DNA of 64,000 nucleotides from Plasmodiophora brassicae (Eukaryota): NCBI GenBank assembly GCA_036867785.1, contig CP145411.1, positions 124,001 to 188,000 of the forward strand, read 5' to 3'. Shown piece by piece: positions 22,830 to 31,123 of this stretch (position 1 is its first letter; each line of letters starts with the position of its first letter). The notes under the pieces were generated by a model. It saw only the letters and a program-made list of their open reading frames with translations, ran no database searches and was not told where the DNA came from. The position numbers and the translations under genes were made by a program.

Positions 22830-25209
22830 TGTAGACCGGACCGCCCACTAGGCCACGAGAGCAGCTGCTCTCGTGGCCTAGTGGGCGGTCCGGTCTACAA
22901 AACATCTCACCGACGGGAGTTCGAGCCTCCTCGAAGTCCGCCGTGGACGGAGAGTTTTGGGGAGGATGGTAGATAGTACGGACGCGCCAGGCACGAGAGC
23001 AGGTCTGCGAGTCGTCTACACGGGTAGGCGGCGGACATCGCTCGATCGTCGGGGGGTACGAGCTTCCCCGGTGAGATGTTTTGTAGACCGGACCGCCCAC
23101 TAGGCCACGAGAGCAGCTGCTCTCGTGGCCTAGTGGGCGGTCCGGTCTACAAAACATCTCACCGGGGAAGCTCGTACCCCCCGACGATCGAGCTGCTCTC
23201 GTGGCCTAGTTGGGCGGTCTGGTCTACAAAACATCTCACCGACGGGAGTTCGAGCCTCCTCGAAGTCCGCCGTGGACGGAGAGTTTTGGGGAGGATGGTA
23301 GATAGTACGGACGCGCCAGGCACGAGAGCAGGTCTGCGAGTCGTCTACACGGGTAGGCGGCGGACATCGCTCGATCGTCGGGGGGTACGAGCTTCCCCGG
23401 TGAGATGTTTTGTAGACCAGACCGCCCAACTAGGCCACGAGAGCAGCTGCTCTCGTGGCCTAGTTGGCGGTCCGGTCTACAGCTGCTCTCGTGGCCTAGT
23501 TGGGCGGTCTGGTCTACAAAACATCTCACCGGGGAAGCTCGTACCCCCCGACGATCGAGCGATGTCCGCCGCCTACCCGTGTAGACGACTCGCAGACCTG
23601 CTCTCGTGCCTGGCGCGTCCGTACTATCTACCATCCTCCCCAAAACTCTCCGTCCACGGCGGACTTCGAGGAGGCTCGAACTCCCGTCGGTGAGATGTTT
23701 TGTAGACCAGACCGCCCAACTTGACGTTTATCGATCGCATCGTCACGACGACGTCAGCCTCGCCACGTCATCATGCTAAATCGGGGCACGCAGTTTGTCT
23801 AAATATAGTCCAGGACCGTCAGGTCAAGTGGCAGCACGTTGATGTAGGGAACGAGACGCTATAAATAGAGCCCCGCTCTTAGCGAGGCTGACGTCGTCGT
23901 GACGATGCGATCGAGCGTACGAATACGGGGAAGCGACAAGCGCAACGGAAGCGACGAACAAATGTAGACCGGACCGCCAACTAGGCCACGAGAGCAGCTG
24001 CTCTCGTGGCCTAGTTGGGCGGTCTGGTCTACCCTAAAACCCTAAGCTTCTGGACTAGTTCGGGAACATCTTCGTAGATGACACGAGCAGGTTCCCACGT
24101 TGCTTCCGCCTCGTCGAATCCAGACCATAGAACCTTGATCTGAAGTTCTTGCGTTTCTCGATCCACTCGACAGTCCAGTAGATCGTCCACCAACAGCTGG
24201 TTATCAGCGTGCTGGAGATGACGCTTGAGATCGACGGTCATGTTCAGATCGGCGTCAGCGTATCGTCGAATTCGTTGTGAGTGTGCGTAGTGAGCGGGTC
24301 TTCCAGCTCGTACACTTGATCGTTGATCATCTTGACGACTCGATATGGGCCTCGCCACTGGGCTATCAACTTCTGAGCAGGACCCGGTACCGGTTTTGCC
24401 TTGAGCACGTAGTCGCCAACGCTGAACGATTCGTAGTGGCTCTTGTTCAGGCGTCGTCGCTGTTGTCGCACATTAGACGCATGCCGTTGTGCCTTTGCTT
24501 CATCAACGGCCTTGTGAATCTCGTCGAGGACCTCTTGTAACGTCGGCACATACTTGGCGAATCCTTCAGGTGGTATGCGTCGCCATTGTCTCTCCTTCGG
24601 ATCCCAGATCTGGTCGAGCGACGTAGTCGACTAACTCCATGTCGGGACATTCCGTTGAGGCGTGCTTGATGCACCATTCGATTGCACGACGTTTCGATCT
24701 CGTGCACGTTGATTGGTCCCAGGTCGACTTGCCTCCTCGAAGTCCGCCGTGGACGGAGAGTTTTGGGGAGGATGGTAGATAGTACGGACGCGCCAGGCAC
24801 GAGAGCAGGTCTGCGAGTCGTCTACACGGGTAGGCGGCGGACATCGCTCGATCGTCGGGGGGTACGAGCTTCCCCGGTGAGATGTTTTGTAGACCGGACC
24901 GCCCACTAGGCCACAGGAGCAGCTGCTCTCGTGGCCTAGTTGGCGGTCCGGTCTACAAAACATCTCACCGACGGGAGTTCGAGCCTCCTCGAAGTCCGCC
25001 GTGGACGGAGAGTTTTGGGGAGGATGGTAGATAGTACGGACGCGCCAGGCACGAGAGCAGGTCTGCGAGTCGTCTACACGGGTAGGCGGCGGACATCGCT
25101 CGATCGTCGGGGGGTACGAGCTTCCCCGGTGAGATGTTTTGTAGACCGGACCGCCAACTAGGCCACGAGAGCAGCTGCTCTCGTGGCCTAGTGGGCGGTC
25201 CGGTCTACA
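22830..25209. mobile_element. Palindrome-built (foldback-like) non-autonomous element with TG...CA termini and a 4-bp TTAG target-site duplication
   Basis: Begins tgtagaccgg at 22830 and ends ggtctaca at 25209; TTAG lies at 22826-22829 and 25210-25213. It has six ~70-bp palindromes, five copies of a 182-bp cassette (one inverted, one partial) and 322-bp terminal direct repeats (22830-23151, 24888-25209). Confidence 0.8.
24029..24549 (-). pseudogene. Ty3/gypsy (chromovirus) integrase C-terminal remnant: GPY/F motif + chromodomain, frameshifted
   Basis: FSVGDYVL...KLIAQWRGPYRVVK...YELED (24244-24549), then in another frame HSQRIRRYAD...LLDCRVD..TQELQIKVLWSGFDEAEATWEPARVIYEDVPELV (24029-24358). 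Confidence 0.88.
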
Positions 25210-25428
25210 TTAGTTTAGTTTAGTTTATTCGAGTTTCGCGCTTGTTATCGCAGGGGTCTCGGTTCCGAGGACCGTAGGGAAGTTCGCAGGACGCTCGCTT
25301 CCCCGACCTGGCAATGCCGGTCTGTCGCCTTTGTGCTGGGTTCTCGCAGGGTGACGACTCTCCGGGGCGAGTCTCGGGGCTCGGAGAGCCCTCAAAGGTT
25401 CGTAGGCTTTTGATCTTCCGGGACAATT

Positions 25429-25924
25429 TCTGGACACCCCCAACACCGATGTCGTGGTTCGACGTATTAGGTGCTATCCGCCTTCATGACCAGGAACTGG
25501 CACTAAGCATTGACATACAACGCATCGCACCACGGGACAATGGCGACATATATTTCCGGAACCTGCAGCCCCCAGGTACATGGACGAAACTGGAAACCAA
25601 CGCCCAACTAAATGGCAATCAACAGGCAATTACAAGAAACGTAAAGATGCCGCAAACTACGATGGGACACGGCATACGTCCCGTCCCGCAAGACGAAGCA
25701 AATGACCAATCGCGCCAGATCAAGTTTCTTGTAATTGCCTGTTGATTGCCATTTAGTTGGATGTTGGTTTCCAGTTTCGTCCGTGTACCTGGGGGCAGGT
25801 TCCCGAAATATATGTCGTCATTGTCCCTTGGTGCGTATGTCAATGCTTAGTGCCAGTTCCTGGTCGTGAAGGCGGATGGCGCCTAATACTTCGAAGCACG
25901 TCATCGGTGTTGGGGGTGTCCAGA
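25429..25924. repeat. ~200-bp imperfect inverted repeat with an ~83-bp spacer
   Basis: tctggacacccccaacaccgatg...caattacaagaaac (25429-25640) vs gtttcttgtaattg...ggtgttgggggtgtccaga (25724-25924). Confidence 0.9.
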
Positions 25925-26282
25925 CCGCTGCCTCGTAGTTCTCGTCTGTCTTAAGGGAGTATCGGTTTCCGTGGGTTCTGTTCTTTCGGATGAGGGTCTC
26001 CATACGAAGTGCCGGGCTTCTTGCTCTTCCTGAGGTCGCTCGCTGATGGATAGGTTATCCGTCGCCGGGGGTCGCTCTGCGCGTGTGGAGAACTACCTGA
26101 CAACGCTGGTGCACGACAGTGTGCGATGACTACCGATCACGCGTGTCACGATCAGGCAAGCTGATGCAACGAACGCTTTGACGGACTGGCGAAGTCCGTC
26201 GCGGGGTTCTCGGTTTATTCCGGACAGTCCTCACATAATAGTCCCCTTCTAGCGATGGGCCTCTGACGGGTCCGGGATAGAA

Positions 26283-26551
26283 GGGCAGACGGATGGCCTC
26301 TGATGGGTCGCAGACGAACGGACAGGCGGATGAGCAGGCAGACGGGCGGGCAGACGGACGGACAGACGAACGGACAGGCGGATGAGACGGGCGGGCAGAC
26401 GGACGGACAGACGAACGATGAGCAGGCAGACGGGCGGGCAGACGGACGGACAGACGGACGAACGGGCAGACGGACGGACAGACGGACGAACGGGCAGACG
26501 GACGGATTAGCAGACGGACGGAGAGACGGGCGGGCGGGCAGACGGACGAAC
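26283..26551. repeat. Low-complexity (GGAC/GGGC/AGAC)n tetranucleotide tract
   Basis: gacggacggacagacgaacgggcagacg... runs inside the inner LTR element. Confidence 0.85.
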
Positions 26552-26574
26552 AGGTTTGGTTAGTGACAGCACGT

Positions 26575-28281
26575 CGCAACCGAGGCCTTGACGTTGTGCA
26601 GGAGATGCCGAGGCGGGATCGACACTGGCGGACGGACGGACGGGTAGAGACAGCAAGCGGTCAGGGAAACACCGGCGGCCTGGGAGGCAAACAGCACGGC
26701 GGGACACGCGCACTCTGGAACTTGGACCAGCTGCGACCGAGGCCTTGACGTTGTGCAGGAGATGCCGAGGCGGGATCGGCACGGACGGACGGGAAGAGAC
26801 AGCAAGTGGTCAGGGGAACACCGGTGGCCTGAGAGGCATACAGCACGGCGGGACACGTACTCTGGGACTTGGACCAGGTACGACCAAGGCCTTGACGTTC
26901 TGCGGGGGATGCCGAGGCGAGATCGGCACGGACGGACGGACGGGCGGGAAGAGACAGCAAGCGGTCAGGGGAACACCGGTGGCCTGAGAGGCATACAGCA
27001 CGGCGGGACACGCACTCTGGGACTTGGACCAGGTACGACCGAGGCCTTGACGTTCTGCGGGGGATGCCGAGGCGAGATCGGCACGGACGGACGGACGGGC
27101 GGGAAGAGACAGCAAGCGGTCAGGGGAACACCTGTGGCCTGAGAGGCATACAGCACGGCGGGACACGCACTCTGGGACTTGGACCAGGTACGACCGAGGC
27201 CTTGACGTTCTGCGGGGGATGCCGAGGCGAGATCGGCACGGACGGACGGACGGGCGGGAAGAGACAGCAAGCGGTCAGGGGAACACCTGTGGCCTGAGAG
27301 GCATACAGCACGGCGGGACACGCACTCTGGGACTTGGACCAGGTACGACCGAGGCCTTGACGTTCTGCGGGGGATGCCGAGGCGAGATCGGCACGGACGG
27401 ACGGGAAGAGACAGCAAGCGGTCAGGGGAACACCGGTGGCCTGAGAGGCATACAGCACGGCGGGACACGCACTCTGGGACTTGGACCAGGTACGACCGAG
27501 GCCTTGACGTTCTGCGGGGGATGCCGAGGCGAGATCGGCACGGACGGACGGACGGGCGGGAAGAGACAGCAAGCGGTCAGGGGAACACCTGTGGCCTGAG
27601 AGGCATACAGCACGGCGGGACACGCACTCTGGGACTTGGACCAGGTACGACCGAGGCCTTGACGTTCTGCGGGGGATGCCGAGGCGAGATCGGCACGGAC
27701 GGACGGGAAGAGACAGCAAGCGGTCAGGGGAACACCGGTGGCCTGAGAGGCATACAGCACGGCGGGACACGCACTCTGGGACTTGGACCAGGTACGACCG
27801 AGGCCTTGACGTTCTGCGGGGGATGCCGAGGCGAGATCGGCACGGACGGACGGGAAGAGACAGCAAGCGGTCAGGGGAACACCGGTGGCCTGAGAGGCAT
27901 ACAGCACGGCGGGACACGCACTCTGGGACTTGGACCAGGTACGACCGAGGCCTTGACGTTCTGCGGGGGATGCCGAGGCGAGATCGGCACGGACGGACGG
28001 GAAGAGACAGCAAGCGGTCAGGGGAACACCGGTGGCCTGAGAGGCATACAGCACGGCGGGACACGCACTCTGGGACTTGGACCAGGTACGACCGAGGCCT
28101 TGACGTTCTGCGGGAGATGCCGAGGCGAGATCGGCACGGACGGACGGGAAGAGACAGCAAGCGGTCAGGGGAACACCGGTGGCCTGAGAGGCATACAGCA
28201 CGGCGGGACACGTACTCTGGGACTTCGACCAGGTACCACCGAGGCCTTGACGTTCTGCAGGAGATGCCGAGGCGGGATCGA
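26575..28281. repeat. Tandem array of ~11.3 units of 147/155 bp
   Basis: Unit start accgaggccttgacg recurs at ~26580, 26736, 26884, 27038, 27193, 27348, 27495, 27650, 27797, 27944, 28091 and 28238. The length variants differ by an 8-bp gacgggcg indel. Confidence 0.95.
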
Positions 28282-28969
28282 CAGGAGGGTGGTGGGATAG
28301 GTAGTCCGTCAAAATGTCACGATCAGGCAAGCTGATGCAACGAACGCTTTGACGGACTGGCGAAGTCCGTCGCGGGGTTCTCGGTTTATTCCGGACAGTC
28401 CTCACAACGCGGTGTATCGAGTAGACATGAGAATGCTGACTGAGGACCAGGGCGCGGCTGGTGAAGGCCTTGGTCTCGGAACGTGGCTTGGTGCCGGAAG
28501 GTGGCTAGATGCCGGAAGGTGAGTGGCGTGAGTCATTGTGGTGGAGATGACTCATGACATCATCCCCCGCCAAAAAGGGATGTGGGGGTGGAAGGTGCGC
28601 GTGATGAGCGGCTTGATGAGGTTGCGGGTCAAGTGAATCTTGATGGTGCGCGTGATGTGCGGCTTGATGTGATTGGGCTGGCTCGCAACTTGAGAACTGT
28701 GCGATCTGGCTGGAGACGCGGCTCATATTTGTTTCGGACTCGCAGAATCTGTGACAGGGTTCTGGAGTTGCGGGTGAGAGAAGTGTCGGGAGCTGCTTCG
28801 GACCTGGATGTTGACACGTTCAGTGTCGGAGATGGCACACTTCTGGGCCATTGTTGAGTGTAAATTTGCTTGTCCGCGCTTGGGCGGCGATATCAATGCC
28901 GTGGACGTCAAGAAAACGAGTGGATGTGCATTCGTGGCGGTGATGCCGCTAGGTCTGTTCGATGGCAGT

Positions 28970-29410
28970 CGGTGATGTCGTTACCGTGGGCGATGCCGAT
29001 GACGTTGCCATATACGCTGGGACGTTCAGTGCCGGAGTGGCACATTCCTGGGCTGAGACTGATTGATGCGGATGATGAGGGTGGCGAGGAGCCGGTTGAA
29101 GTCGTTGAGTGGAGGTCGATGAGACCGATTGATACAGATGATGAGGGTGGCGTGGAGCCGGTAGGACCGTCGGTGATGTCGTTACCATGGACGATGGCGA
29201 TATCGTTGCCATATACGTTGGGATGTTCAGCGCCGGAGACGGCTGAGACCGATTGATGCGGATGATGAGGGTGGCGTGGAGCCGGTAGGACCGTCGGTGA
29301 TGTCGTTACCGAGGACGATGGCGATGTCGTTGCCATATACGTTGGGATGTTCAGCGCCGGAGACGGCTGAGACCGATTGATGCGGATGATGAGGGTGGCG
29401 CGGAGCCGGT
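28970..29410. repeat. Imperfect ~120-bp tandem repeats inside the outer LTR element
   Basis: cggtgatgtcgttacc...gttgccatatacg.tggga.gttcag...gctgagac.gattgatgcggatgatgagggtggcg.ggagccggt recurs 3 times, plus a partial copy. Confidence 0.85.
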
Positions 29411-31123
29411 AATGCCGCTGGAGAAGACTTTGTAGAAAACTCTACCCAGGGCAGGAGGGTCGTAAGAGGCGCCGTTGACTAGGGATCGTGAACGACGTGC
29501 ATGCAGATGTGGCTGACGGAAGATCTGCGCTTGTAGACAGTTGCGCCTGGAAGTTGAGCAATAGAACTCGTGGAACCTCGGGAGATTCGCGGGCAAAGGT
29601 ACCCAGTACGGTGAATGCGGAACGGGGGCGACGGCTGGAATGGTGCCGGTTGTTGTGCCGGAAGAGCGACTTCCATGTGGATGAAAGTCTCCCCGATGAT
29701 GTCGGGTACCGGCCGGTGGATTTGCGTCCGGCGCGGATGGTACGGTTCTGAACCGGGGGTCGTGTTGATGACGGCGCTTGACGATATCCTGCATGGAGTC
29801 AGCGGGCGCATGCGGGTATCTAGCGTGTCGTGCATCGCGCTGTTGCTTGTTGGAGAGGCCGTGCTTGTCGGACCTCAATGATCGCGCGGAAGAGGATATG
29901 GTTAGGAGCCCTTTTCTCCACCTTCGTGTCGGTTGGTTCATCGCAAAAAAATGTGGAGAACTACCTGACAACGCTGGTGCACGACAGTGTGCGATGACTA
30001 CCGATCACGCGGTGTATCGAGTAGACATGAGAATGCTGACTGAGGACCAGGGCGCGGCTGGTGAAGGCCTTGGTCTCGGAACGTGGCTTGGTGCCGGAAG
30101 GTGGCTAGATGCCGGAAGGTGAGTGGCGTGAGTCATTGTGGTGGAGATGACTCATGACAGCGCGTATACGTTCTGCGTTCGTTGTCGTTTGCGGTGCATT
30201 GCCTGTCTGACTGGGGGCCAGGGCTGTCCGTCCGGAGTCCGTGGGCGGGCTTGTCGGTTTGTGACGGGTTCCGTTCTGGGTGCTGGTGGTGGTTTATTTG
30301 GTTCGGGCAGTTTACCTTTGCGAGTGCGATTGTTGGGGATATTTTGTTTTTCTTTTGTGCGTTGGTGGTGTTTTGTCTGGTCGGCGATGTTTGTTTTGTG
30401 TGTTCTTGAGGTCGGTGAGTACTGATGCCTTGGAGTGGTGTTGGTAGTGGTTCCGGCGTGGACTGCGTCTGTCATTGGGTTTGTGTCGGGGGTTCCTTCG
30501 GATGGGGCCGCACGTGCGGTTGGCACAGGTTTCCCTGTAGGTCGTGTTGGCACAGGTTTCCCTGTAGTTTGTGTTGGCACAGGTTTCCCTGTCGGTCCTT
30601 TTGGCGCGCGCAGGCGCGGCCGTTGTCCTGCAGAGGTGGGTATCGCCGATTCTTGCCGGCGATCTCTGCGTTGTGCTCCTGCTTCTTGCAGGAAGCATTA
30701 GGGGCCTGAGCTGCCCGACCGATTCGTCCTCTGGGCAACTGCCTGCGGCGCTGGTCGTGTCACCCATTTGACATGAGCCCCTCTCCCACTCTCCTTCTCC
30801 TCGGCGACGACGACGACGTCTATCCAGCTCACGGCATTTTCGCGGAGCACGTATCGTCATCAACCACAGTCGCAACCGCGCCAGCGATGACTTGCTGCTG
30901 TTGATGACGCTGCGTATGTGATTGGTATTGAATGTCAATCGCCCCAGTACTCTGCGGCTGCCAGCACATGGCAGGCGCAGGTTCTATTATTGACTTGGTT
31001 CAGTTGGCGGATTGCTCCTGCATTTTTGGCGTGCGCGGAATTTTTGGTGCACGGACGCCTCGGTTCAGATAGACGGCAGGCGATGGTTTTGACACAACGC
31101 GGCAGAAGGCATAATCGCCACCA

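Larger units (their letters stand above)
26144..28406 (-). mobile_element. Non-autonomous LTR retroelement (inner, TRIM-like): 92-bp identical LTRs, ACGCG TSD
   Basis: LTRs at 26144-26235 and 28315-28406 (TG...CA). ACGCG at 26139-26143 and 28407-28411. Minus-strand purine tract agaagggga close to the left LTR. Confidence 0.92.
26084..30159 (-). mobile_element. Non-autonomous LTR retroelement (outer): 208-bp LTRs, GCGCG TSD, left LTR split by a nested element
   Basis: Intact LTR at 29952-30159 (TG...CA); the other copy is 26084-26143 + 28412-28559, identical by eye. GCGCG at 26079-26083 and 30160-30164. Purine tract ggcgggggatga on the minus strand next to 28559. No gag/pol motifs recognised. 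Confidence 0.9.

Noticed and set aside
24032-24045. Telomere-like CCCTAAAACCCTAA at the chromodomain/palindrome junction
   Set aside because: Fewer than two units and it overlaps coding-derived sequence, so chance cannot be excluded.
22830-25209. Integron or shufflon with a dedicated recombinase
   Set aside because: No tyrosine or serine recombinase motifs are seen in the window; only the repeat architecture is reported.
26144-26235. Hammerhead ribozyme (retrozyme) in the small LTRs
   Set aside because: CTGATG is present but the CUGANGA...GAAA core with flanking stems is not.
26575-28281. CRISPR-like array
   Set aside because: The units are contiguous near-identical 147/155-bp repeats with no unique spacers, there are no cas genes and the context is eukaryotic.
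27120-28405. Long repeat-protein ORFs on both strands
   Set aside because: These are by-products of a stop-poor GC-rich unit whose 147-bp length is a multiple of 3; the 155-bp units shift frame.
29351-29971. Gag-like ORF inside the outer LTR element
   Set aside because: No zinc knuckle, capsid or protease motif recognised in any frame.
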